Shown piece by piece: positions 9,960 through 19,441 of a DNA stretch of 64,000 nt (position 1 is its first letter; every line of letters starts with the position of its first letter). Origin of the DNA: Candidatus Marinacidobacterales bacterium. Lineage in GTDB: Bacteria; Acidobacteriota; Vicinamibacteria; Marinacidobacterales; DATDRI01. A program made the translations under genes and the position numbers. The stretch covers positions 1,056,001 to 1,120,000 of the forward strand of contig CBDCNP010000002.1 of NCBI GenBank assembly GCA_965219415.1. Direction: 5' to 3'. The notes beneath the pieces were generated by a model that was given only the letters and a program-made list of their open reading frames with translations, searched no databases and was not told the DNA's origin.

Positions 9960-10202
9960 AGACCCACCGATGCGCCCGACGATGCACGCGACGCCACACC
10001 ACCCAGGCGCACCCTCACCAAGCGCTGGGCCGAGCTCATCTACCGCATCTATGAAGTCGACCCCTTGACCTGTACCCAATGCGGCGCCGAGATGAAGATC
10101 ATCGCTTTCATCACCGACCACCACACCATCCAGAAAATCCTCGACCACCGGGACAAAAACGCGGCCGAACCCAGAGCTCCCCCTCCGACATCCTCTCACT
10201 GA
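9960..10202 (+). pseudogene. C-terminal fragment of an IS91/ISCR-family rolling-circle transposase
   Basis: WAELIYRIYEVDPLTCTQCGAEMKIIAFITD...ILDH...RAPP is the characteristic Zn-ribbon C-terminus of IS91-like transposases. The HUH/Y2 catalytic part is absent. Confidence 0.8.
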
Positions 10203-10378
10203 TTGAGACACGGCCCCGTCCCTCGACACCACGCCTCTGTCTCGAAACCAAAAACGACACCGGCCGAACGACTACCTGCCATCGCTACACAGGTCGCACG
10301 CACGACCACAGGCGATATTTCACTTCTCCACGGCTCAACCGATACAATTCACGCCGTGACCACAACGGCGGCGGGATA

Positions 10379-10393
10379 CAACTTCCTAAACGT
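10379..10393 (+). mobile_element. oriIS-like end of the IS91/ISCR remnant
   Basis: CAACTTCCTAAACGT lies ~180 bp downstream of the transposase stop and resembles the ISCR oriIS core AACTTCCTATAC. Confidence 0.6.
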
Positions 10394-10438
10394 CTCTACA
10401 AAGAAGGGATCAATGGGTGGCCTCGGAGGCGGTAGAGC

Positions 10439-11463
10439 TTGGTTGGTGACTACGGGCCAGGCGAAGTAGATATACGCAAAGACTACAGCGACGATGAGTT
10501 ACTCGGGATGGTAAAAAAGTTCCCGCTCGAGTTTGAGCCTGGAACTCAGTGGAGCTATAGCAACACAGGCTATTTGCTGCTCGGAATCATCATCTCGAAA
10601 TTGACCGACGAGCATTGGGGCGAGTATTTGAACGACCGAATCTTTGAACCCCTCGATATGAAAACCGCTCGCGTAATAAGTGATAGTGACATCATCGCGA
10701 ACCGAGCCGCAGGTTATGTTCGCGATGAAGAGGGTAACTTACGAAACCAGTGTTGGGCTTCACCAACCTTTTTAAGCACTGCTGATGGAACTCTATCTAT
10801 CTCTCCTGGACTACCGGAAATGGGACTTGGCGCTACGCGAACGCAAGCTTCTTAGCAGCCAGGCCTATGAATCTTGGTGGACTCCGACGGAAATCGAACC
10901 TGGTGGTTCATTCCCATATGGCTTCGGCTGGTCGATCGGCGAGCAGAGGGGGCGACGTTTGGTTCAGCATGGAGGCTCTTGGCAAGGTTTCAGGGCGTTC
11001 ATCGCCCGGTACATCGAGGACGATCTCACGGTAGTCGTGCTTACAAACGCCGCGGACACCAGACCTCGGATTATCGCGCATGAGATTGCAGGGATCATCG
11101 ATAGTGACCTGAAGCTACCCTCCATTAACGATCGTGGAAACCAAAGAGGAAGTTCGAACGAATAGATTCCTTGGAGTGCTACGAGCTTTCGCTAACTGGG
11201 AGGTGACCGACGCAATGGGGCGTGGACTCGCGGCCACGGCTACCGGTAGCGGTCGGAAAGCGTATTCTCGAAATAACCTCGCAAAGACATTGGGCGACAT
11301 GAAGCGAATTACATGGTTGAGCGACGATGATGTCGAACTGCAGCGTCGCGGGGAATCCATTACCCGAATCTCCTACTTCGTTATTGAGACACATGAGGAC
11401 CGCCACCGATACCGCGCTTACGTCACGCCAGATGGTCGAATCGCTGACTTCATTGAGGGATGA
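10439..11463 (+). pseudogene. Serine hydrolase (beta-lactamase/D-peptidase family), 5'-truncated and split over three frames
   Basis: FEPGTQWSYSNTGY (YxN), IFEPLDM, YGFGW, HGGSWQGF. No SxxK N-terminus; frame changes at ~10795 and ~11135. Confidence 0.8.
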
Positions 11464-11490
11464 CCGCGCAAAACGCGTTGGGACCACATT

Positions 11491-11516
11491 TTCCTAAACG
11501 TCAACTTCCTAAACGT
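11491..11516 (+). repeat. Tandem oriIS-like motif (TTCCTAAACGT + CAACTTCCTAAACGT)
   Basis: 11502-11516 is an exact 15-bp copy of 10379-10393, preceded by an 11-bp partial copy. Confidence 0.75.
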
Positions 11517-11619
11517 GTCGCAAGCCAAGCCATCGGGTCACTGCTGTGCGGTTGCACCATAACTAGAGATCGGTTCAAATCTGCCGCGAACCATTGTGGG
11601 GTCACAAGGGAGGTCCACC

Positions 11620-13515
11620 ATGCGGAGAGAAAAACTGCTCTTGACATGCCTTGCGGAGCTCGCCTTCCTGGCGGAGAACGATGCGTTCCCCCAGGACTCA
11701 TCCGGGGCTATTCCGAGACCGGATCCCCAGAACGAAGTGCGATTGGAAAAAAGCCGCATGGTCCCCATGAGGGATGGCGTGCGCTTGGCTACCGATTTGT
11801 ATTTCCCTGAAATTGCCGATGAGAAATTGCCGGTGGTTCTCATCCGGACGCCATACAACAAGAACGAGTTCAGGGATGAAAAAGATAACGACGTCTACAT
11901 GTTTGCGTCTCGCGGATTCGTCGTTGCGGTTCAGGATAGTAGGGGGAAGTTCGAGTCCGAGGGGATTTACTCGCCGCCCGCCGGCAGCGAAGCCATCTAT
12001 GGCTACGACACCGTGGATTGGATCTCCAAACAATCTTGGTCCAACGGCAAGGTCGGCATGCACGGCTGCTCGTATCCTGCCGAACTTCAGGCCGCCACCG
12101 CTCCGTTGAGGCACCCCAATCTCACCACGATCATTCCCAGAAACGGACCGATGATCGGAGCAGCGAACGGCCGGTATCGATATTGGTCGGGGTTCAAGCG
12201 TGGTGTGCTCGACTTCGCCGCCACATTGCCATGGCATTTCGGAACCGGTAACAAGTATTCGCTCAAGCCACCGCCGGGTCTCTCGGATGAAGAGATTCTC
12301 CGAATCCGAGAGTTCTTCAACCCCGACGCAAGCAAGGTACCAGAGCCCGATTGGGAGAAACTCATTTGGACCTTGCCGCTCGCCGACATCATGAATAAGG
12401 CCGGCGCGCCCCCGAACGACTGGCTAAATCTCGTGACACGCGACTTCAGCGATCCGTGGTGGCACGACACGATGGGGTATTACGACGGCACAGAGAAGAT
12501 CGATGTTCCCGCGCTCCATATGAGCTCGTGGTACGACCCAAGCGTCGAAGAGACGATCTTCGAGTTCAACTACTTCCAAGAAAATGTGGTATCCGAGACG
12601 GCAGCCAACAATCAGTTTCTGATCGTCCCCCCACCACCCATTGCAGCTACGAACGGGCCACCGAGCGCACCAAGGTCGGCCATCGGGACATCGGCCATCG
12701 GGACATCGGTGATGCGAGGCGCAATTACTACGCGATCTACATTGATTGGTTCGAGTACTGGCTCAAAGGTGCAGTACTACACAATGGGAAGCAACGAATG
12801 GCAATCCGCGGATTCCTGGCCACCGCCGGAGACTCGGTACACGAAGTACTACTTGCACAGCGAGGGCCGCGCCAACAGTCGGTATGGCGACGGAGTGCTG
12901 TCCACCGAGGCACCCGGCGAAGAGCCACCCGATATATTTACGTACGATCCAGGGCATCCAGTCCCGTCAGTCGGAGGGCCGCGCGGCACTCCGTATGGGA
13001 CGCCATCGGGAGCCATCGATCAAGGGCGCGTCGACGTGCGGAACGACGTGTTGGTGTACACCACACCGCCACTAAAAGAGGGCATCGAGCTAACGGGCTC
13101 GATCACCGCCGTCTTCTACGTCTCGTCTACGGCCAAGGACGCCGATTTCACCGGCAAGTTGGTGGATGTGTACCCGGACGGGACGGCGTACAACCTTCAA
13201 GTTGGAATCCTGCGCGCTCGATATCGGGAGGGCTTTACACAAAAGGTATGGATGGAAGAAGGGGGAGTCTACCGGATCCAGATTGATATGGACGCCACCA
13301 GCAACTATTTCGCGCCGGGACACCGGATCCGGCTACAGGTCTCGAGTAGCGATTTCCCGTTGTTCGAAAGGAACCTGAACACTGGTGGGAACAATTTTGA
13401 TGAAACAGAGTGGATCGTCGCTCGGAACAGCGTCCATCACTCGGAGGAACATCCGTCTCACCTCGTTCTGCCAATAATCCCGAATCGCCCGAGTCCGCCG
13501 AGTCAGGACAACTAG
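11620..13515 (+). CDS. CocE/NonD family (S15) hydrolase, with an internally disrupted segment at 12630-12770
   Basis: VPMRDGVRLATD, RTPY, QDSRG..SEG, HGCSYPA nucleophile elbow, WYD acid, GHRIRLQVSSSDFP. The His-bearing segment is in another frame. Confidence 0.85.
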   Translation: MRREKLLLTCLAELAFLAENDAFPQDSSGAIPRPDPQNEVRLEKSRMVPMRDGVRLATDLYFPEIADEKLPVVLIRTPYNKNEFRDEKDNDVYMFASRGFVVAVQDSRGKFESEGIYSPPAGSEAIYGYDTVDWISKQSWSNGKVGMHGCSYPAELQAATAPLRHPNLTTIIPRNGPMIGAANGRYRYWSGFKRGVLDFAATLPWHFGTGNKYSLKPPPGLSDEEILRIREFFNPDASKVPEPDWEKLIWTLPLADIMNKAGAPPNDWLNLVTRDFSDPWWHDTMGYYDGTEKIDVPALHMSSWYDPSVEETIFEFNYFQENVVSETAANNQFLIVPPPPIAATNGPPSAPRSAIGTSAIGTSVMRGAITTRSTLIGSSTGSKVQYYTMGSNEWQSADSWPPPETRYTKYYLHSEGRANSRYGDGVLSTEAPGEEPPDIFTYDPGHPVPSVGGPRGTPYGTPSGAIDQGRVDVRNDVLVYTTPPLKEGIELTGSITAVFYVSSTAKDADFTGKLVDVYPDGTAYNLQVGILRARYREGFTQKVWMEEGGVYRIQIDMDATSNYFAPGHRIRLQVSSSDFPLFERNLNTGGNNFDETEWIVARNSVHHSEEHPSHLVLPIIPNRPSPPSQDN

Positions 13516-13570
13516 TTCCGTCTCCCAGGCTTGAATCTACCATCTGGTGGCGGATACAATCGCTGCCGAT

Positions 13571-15593
13571 ATGATTAGCCGGTGCCTCGGATTTGCGATC
13601 CTCGGGTCTTGCTTTGTCGCGCATGCGCTCTAATAGGCCGCTTTCGCTCGACGATGTCATCGACATGAAGAGCGTCGGTGGTAACTTTCATCTGGCACCG
13701 GATGGGTTCGAGGAAACGGTGCTGATGTCCCCAGACGGGCGGCAAGTGTTCTATTCCGTTTCGGTGGCCGATTGGGACACGAACCGCCGCGCATCCACTT
13801 TCTATACCGTCGACTCGAATGGCGGAGAGGCGACCGAGGTTACCGCAGTCGAGGGTGGTTCCGCGTTTCGGTACTCACCCCGTGGTTCGTATCTCTCCTT
13901 TACGAAGCCGGTCAGTGGCCCCGAGCAGCTATTCGCGATGGATCGGGCCTCGGGTCAGGTCAAACAACTGAGCGACCGCGCGACCGACGTTTTCATCTAC
14001 GTCTGGACCGAAGATGAATCTCGCATCTTCTTCCTGGCGGAGGACGCACGTTCTCCGGAAGAGCAGCGAAGATACGAGCTCGGCGATAATTGGTTCGCCG
14101 TTGATGAGGCGCCGAACGGCCGGATCGCGGCCCGATGGCGGAACCTCTGGCGTCTCGATCTCAAAGATGGCAATGAAGGGCAGGTTACGTCCCAGAAGCT
14201 CATCCTCGACGAGTTGGACGTCTCGCCGGATGGGAAAAGAGTCGCATTCGTGGCTCGGCCCGACAATCGCCGGAACTACCCGCATACCGCGGAACTGTAC
14301 GTCGTTGATGCGACCGGAGAGAATCTCACCCGTCTGACAAACAATCTCGCACCGGAATCGCTGCCGCTTTGGTCCCCAGACGGGAAACGAATCGCTTACT
14401 ACGCGCCGGACGACAAAACGTACGAGCTGACCAAGGGTTACTTGTGGGTGATGGATCCCGATACAAGAAAGTATAAGAAGCTCCGCTCTCAGAACATGGG
14501 AGACATCTTCACCCTTTCGTGGAGCCCGGATAGCAAAAGCCTGGTATTCAGCGAACAACAACGGATGAACACCAATATCTTTCGCTTGGACGTGGACACC
14601 GACACGTTGACGCCCATTACCGACACCGAGGGCTCGACCAAGGCACTCGCGTTCTCGGCCGACCTCAGCCGCATGGCTTACTCGTACACCGACTTCGACA
14701 CGCCGTTGGACATTTATACATCGAAGGTGGACGAGTCTTCACCAATCCGCCTCACGAACGTCAACCCATGGCTCGAGTCGGATATGGCACTGGGCGCAAG
14801 CCGAGTGATTCGATGGAAGAGCAGCGACGGGCTCGAGATCGAGGGAATTCTCACCGTTCCCCCAGGCTACGATGGCAGTGCGCGGGTACCGTTACTGGTC
14901 CTGATACACGGTGGCCCTCCGAATCAATGGGGAAACGAGTTCTACTACGAATCTCACCTTTATGCCGGCCTCGGCTACGCCATTCTCGCTCCCAACGTCC
15001 GAGGGAGCAGCGGCTACGGTGACGATTTCGTCAAAGCAGTGATCGGAGATATCGGCGGCGGCGAGTACGAAGACATTATGACCGGCGTGGACTTCGTCAT
15101 CGATATGGGCATCGCGGACCCGGGTCGCCTGGCCATCCGTGGCTGGAGCTGGGGTGGTGTCTTGTCGAGCTGGGCGATCACGCAAACCGATCGCTTCAAG
15201 GCTGCCTCCGTCGGCGCCGGCGTGATGAGCTGGCTCTCCGAAATGGGCCCGGGATTCAGCTGGGATCTCACGGAGTGGTACATGGACCAGTCACATTGGG
15301 AGGATCCAGAGGGGTGGAGAAAAATCTCCTCGCTGACCTACGTCCAGAACGTGACCACGCCAACATTGATTATTCATGGAGACGACGATTGGTACAGTAG
15401 CTACAACCAAAGCCTCATCTTCTTTACCGGCCTGCGCGACATCGGCAAGGCGCCGGTAAGGTTCGTCAGCTACCCAGGGCGGGGACACGAGAAGTTCGAC
15501 CCGTGGGGGCAGCGCGCCCGCTACGTGGAAGAGATCCGCTGGATAGAGAAATACGTCAACGGCGTTGACTGGCAGCCACCGACGCGGGACTAG
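13571..15593 (+). CDS. S9 prolyl oligopeptidase family peptidase with PD40/TolB-like propeller
   Basis: IHGGP, GWSWGG (Ser), IHGDDD (Asp), PGRGH (His), SPDG repeats. A signal-like MISRCLGFAILGSCFVAHA from ATG 13571 joins the main frame through a probable indel at ~13627. Confidence 0.9.
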
Positions 15594-16340
15594 TCAGGTC
15601 CGCCTGGGACGGTTTTGCGGTCGGTGGCGAAAGGAGATCGAAGGGAACCGCGTCGAGGGCGATGATCTGCCCAACCATCGGGAGCTCGAACGGGACGTAT
15701 CGTCCGTCCTCGTAGCGCACCCACCGCAGAGACTCATCCTCGAGCTCTTTTTCGCATGTGAAGACCACTTTCTTGGGTTGACCATCCGTGGTCACCGCGG
15801 TCACCTGGATCCGTACGTCCGAGAGCTGGACCTCGTAACCTTTCGGGATCGGGCGCGCGCTGTCGCGAAAGACGGCGCGCTCCACGTGGCGCGATCCCCA
15901 GCCCAGGTGGTAATCGGGGAAGCGCTCCACCGTAAACTGCTGCTCGGGCTGAAACGAGACCAACCGATAGGGGCCCGCTCCCGGCCTCGTGGTTCTGCAA
16001 CCAGCGCTGCCTGAAATCCCCCTGGAACTCATTGGCGCGGATCAGATCGGCGTTGGCAATGTAGAGCCGAGTCATGGCCCCGAGAAGACCGGCGAACGGC
16101 ACGGACAGATCGATGGCACGCCGGCGCTCGTCGAGCACCTCGGCGCCGCTGACCGGCGTGAGGTAGGCCCAGACCTCGATCTTCAAGGCCAGCATTCGGT
16201 CGACGGTGTACTTGACGTCCTCGGCGAGCACCGGCGTGCCGTCGTGAAACAGCGCCTCCTCGCGCACGTTGAAAATGAGTAGGATCCGCTCGTTCGGTGG
16301 GTAGAAGTACTGCACACCGTCCTCGGTGAGGATCAGAGGA
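15594..16340 (-). pseudogene. Three-part chimeric relic: M24-like C-terminus + duplicated binding-protein segment + unrelated C-terminal fragment
   Basis: LILTEDGVQYFYPPNERILLI is fused to FNVREEALFHDG... (15864-16273, near-identical to 9149-9557), then to ...ELEDESLRWVRYEDGRYVPFELP. Confidence 0.8.
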
Positions 16341-16365
16341 AAATGGTGGCGCCTCCTTGTCCTTC

Positions 16366-17769
16366 CTAACGAATTAGTACGATCCCCTCGTTCGGTGGCT
16401 GAATAAACTCCACTCCTCTACTGGTCACAATCTGAGGATTTGAAATATTGAAAGCCAGAGGGTAACCAGGCCGTTCAGCAACGTTCTTATGGACCATGTA
16501 CTCAAAAGCAAAGAGATGGTTTTCCTGGATTTTCAAATGGTGTGTAAATGTTCGAAATGGGCCCATCGAGGCGCCCTCTGTTCTGATATCCCATTCAACT
16601 TCCTGGGTGTCGACATTGTTGTTCCCCATGCTGTGATTATCGATAGAGAATCCTGGCTTATCGGTATTCGCGAGAACCTCCTGCACCATCTTGTAGTCGT
16701 CTGCGCCCTTATCGGCAAACGGAGTATAGATGTATCCCGCTTCTTCCATGGCCTTGACCATGGCAGCTAGTGACTCCCCAGCGGTCATACCGACCCTCAT
16801 ATGTGGCCGCATGATCCATTGGCCTGCTATTGCCAGATCGTAGACTTCCTGTATGAACGCGGGCACTTCTGTTTCTCCGTCTCTCAAGATGTAGGCATAG
16901 GTCTTTGTGTCGATGTCAAAGTCCATATAGCTGCCGCCGGCGTCGGAACCGCTATAGAACAGATCACCGCGCTGCAAAACATAATCACGAGAGTCGGTTT
17001 CCGTGCGATCAGAAACAGTCGAATAGAGAACTCTTGCGTGCGCTTCCCGTCCCGTGGTCTCGCCCGGAACGACGTTCGACAATAGTTCCAAAACCCTCTG
17101 GCGGGCTAGCGCCAACACTTCCACTTGTGCTGCCACCTCCCGGCTCGTCCTCCTCACCAGGAAATCGTTGATGACGTGTTCGGCGGAGACGATTCGCTTG
17201 GAGTATGTCGGGCCCAATATTTTTTCCAGCTTCAAGTATTGCGTATGCGTGATGCCGTCGGCGACGGGGAGAAAATCGGAATAATTGACAGCAATTGTCT
17301 GCGGATCGCGTTCGGCAACAAATTCTGCTATTTCGTTGAAGACTTCGGGAACCGAGAATCCCTGGCTGGGGTCAGAACCGTCATAGTTATAGCCGGCAAA
17401 TGCCCGTGCGACTTCCTCGGAGCCCCGTACGTCGATATTCTCAACCGCTCCTGCGCTTCCACCAAACACGGCGCGCTCGATCCGGTCTCCCAAGTCGGTG
17501 AAAATCAAATAGCCAGATGTTCGGCCAAACTGTATGGCCATGGGATCTTGTCCGCGAGTCACGTGAATCCACATGTCCACGTCGTTGTCGCGCATCGCGC
17601 CTGGCAGCACGAGATCGAGCTTGTCGTTTCTCATCAGACGAAGTGCTTCTTCGTCGGTCTCAGCCGTTCGCGACGGCATGGGGCTTACGAAGTCTTCACC
17701 ACGCTGTGCGTTCGCCGCATGTGCCGTGACAAGCAGGGCGGTCACAAATATCGCGCTACGGAGGTCCAT
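16366..17769 (-). CDS. Secreted M24 (pita-bread fold) peptidase-like protein, paralog 1
   Basis: Signal peptide, GAGGAG RBS, LPGAMRDNDVDMWIHV, ADGITH, QRGD, AFEY, RGVEFIQPP. Confidence 0.75.
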   Translation of the reverse strand: MDLRSAIFVTALLVTAHAANAQRGEDFVSPMPSRTAETDEEALRLMRNDKLDLVLPGAMRDNDVDMWIHVTRGQDPMAIQFGRTSGYLIFTDLGDRIERAVFGGSAGAVENIDVRGSEEVARAFAGYNYDGSDPSQGFSVPEVFNEIAEFVAERDPQTIAVNYSDFLPVADGITHTQYLKLEKILGPTYSKRIVSAEHVINDFLVRRTSREVAAQVEVLALARQRVLELLSNVVPGETTGREAHARVLYSTVSDRTETDSRDYVLQRGDLFYSGSDAGGSYMDFDIDTKTYAYILRDGETEVPAFIQEVYDLAIAGQWIMRPHMRVGMTAGESLAAMVKAMEEAGYIYTPFADKGADDYKMVQEVLANTDKPGFSIDNHSMGNNNVDTQEVEWDIRTEGASMGPFRTFTHHLKIQENHLFAFEYMVHKNVAERPGYPLAFNISNPQIVTSRGVEFIQPPNEGIVLIR

Positions 17770-17802
17770 GGTATTCTCCTCGCTATTCAAAGGTAGGTCG
17801 TA

Positions 17803-19434
17803 ATGACGCTCAAACGGATTAGCTTTCCGATACTAGCCATTCTCGGGACCAGTCTAACGTTCGTCCATGGCTCAACTCAAAATGAGGAGAGAAACGGCAG
17901 CCACGGGAAGTTGGTGAGTCTCTTCGATGAGTTTCGAGAGCTCGCCAAGCCCACATTGACCGATGGTATTCCCAACTACGGGCAAGCCGCCATGGCGAGA
18001 CAATGGGACTCACTAAAAGAACTCCAGGATCGTCTGGCGGGCATAGATATCAGCACCTGGCCCGTTTCTCAACAGGTGGATCACCATATCGTCGGGGCGG
18101 AGATGAACGGCCTCGATTTCTACCACCGCGTTCTCCAGCCCTGGGTTCATAACCCCGGATTCTATGACACCGAGCTGATCTCCGGTTTCCCGTCACGGGG
18201 CGACGGCATCAACGTTTTCATGATTGATTTCCCCCTGGCGAATGATGAGGTCGCGGGCCTACAGATGCAGCTACAGGCCGTGCCGAAGCTATTCCAGCAG
18301 GCCAAAAAGAACCTTACCGCGCCGGCCCGGGAATTGGCCATCATCGCCATCCGCACCAAGGAAAAGAAGATCCTCATGTTCCAGGATCTCGCAGAGCGCC
18401 TAGAACCGCATCATCCGGAATTGGTTCCCTTCGCGGAGCAGGCGCTGGCCGCGGTCACCACTTACCGTAACTGGCTCCGGGAGACGAAAGACGAAATGAC
18501 CTTCCCTGCCGGTGTCGGGAAGGAGAATTTTAATTGGTGGATGAAAAACGTTTGGCTGTATCCCCGCACGTGGGAAGAGATCATGAACATCGCCCTCCGG
18601 GAATACCATAGGGCCATCGCATTCCTGAAGCTCGAGGAAAACAAAAACAAGAGGTACCCAGAGCTTGCCTACGTATCTACTGAAGAAGAGCACGCACGCT
18701 TGTGGAACAAAGCGGAGGACTACGCAACCCAGTTCGTCCGCCATAGTGAGGTTTTCACCGTCCCTGACTACCATACTCCTAGCGGTCCACATCGCCCTTG
18801 GGTGCCCGCCTCCGAGCGTGACGGCGAGTGCGCCGAGTTTTTTGAGCAGGCCGAGCGACATGATCCTACGGCGCAGGTTGGGCACAATCATCTGGGACAT
18901 CACCTTGACGGACTCAAGCTTCAGCGCAACGAACGTCCGATTCGCAACTCGTACCCTCTTTTTGGTGGAGTCAGAGCCGAAGCGTTATCCACGTTCATGG
19001 AAGAGGGCTTGATGATTGCAGGACTCCACGACAAGTGGGACCTGAACCCTCGGAGCCGGGAAGTCATCTACATTTCCCTTGCCTGGCGGGCGACGCGGGC
19101 CATCGCCGACCTGAAGCTGCACAGCAACGAATTCACCATGGACCAAGCGCTCCAGCATTGCGTGGAGTGGTGCCCTAGAGGTTGGGAATGCAAAAAAGAC
19201 ATGGACACCTGGTACGATCTTCACTACAGCATGCTGCAACCAGGACACGCGACGATCTATATCAATGGGAAAAACGAAATCGAACGTTTAATGGCGGACC
19301 GCGCCATGCAGCTGGGCGCCGCCTTTAATTTGCGAGAGTTTATGGACGATTTTCTCAACTTGGGAATGATTCCCCTCTCGCTGGCCCGGTGGGAGATGAC
19401 GGGGCTTGATGATGAGATTCTGCAGCTCAGATAG
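17803..19434 (+). CDS. DUF885-family secreted protein (putative zinc metallopeptidase)
   Basis: Signal peptide, GHHLD, RAEALSTFMEE, SREVIY...AWRATR, FNLREFMDDFL..G.IP C-terminus. Confidence 0.75.
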   Translation: MTLKRISFPILAILGTSLTFVHGSTQNEERNGSHGKLVSLFDEFRELAKPTLTDGIPNYGQAAMARQWDSLKELQDRLAGIDISTWPVSQQVDHHIVGAEMNGLDFYHRVLQPWVHNPGFYDTELISGFPSRGDGINVFMIDFPLANDEVAGLQMQLQAVPKLFQQAKKNLTAPARELAIIAIRTKEKKILMFQDLAERLEPHHPELVPFAEQALAAVTTYRNWLRETKDEMTFPAGVGKENFNWWMKNVWLYPRTWEEIMNIALREYHRAIAFLKLEENKNKRYPELAYVSTEEEHARLWNKAEDYATQFVRHSEVFTVPDYHTPSGPHRPWVPASERDGECAEFFEQAERHDPTAQVGHNHLGHHLDGLKLQRNERPIRNSYPLFGGVRAEALSTFMEEGLMIAGLHDKWDLNPRSREVIYISLAWRATRAIADLKLHSNEFTMDQALQHCVEWCPRGWECKKDMDTWYDLHYSMLQPGHATIYINGKNEIERLMADRAMQLGAAFNLREFMDDFLNLGMIPLSLARWEMTGLDDEILQLR

Positions 19435-19441
19435 GCAAAAT

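Noticed and set aside
10439-11463. ISCR-mobilised antibiotic-resistance beta-lactamase
   Set aside because: The SxxK region is missing and the family includes many esterases and D-peptidases; resistance cannot be claimed.
16361-16372. Third oriIS-like motif (CTTCCTAACG)
   Set aside because: Shorter, imperfect, and explained by the M24-1 stop codon context.
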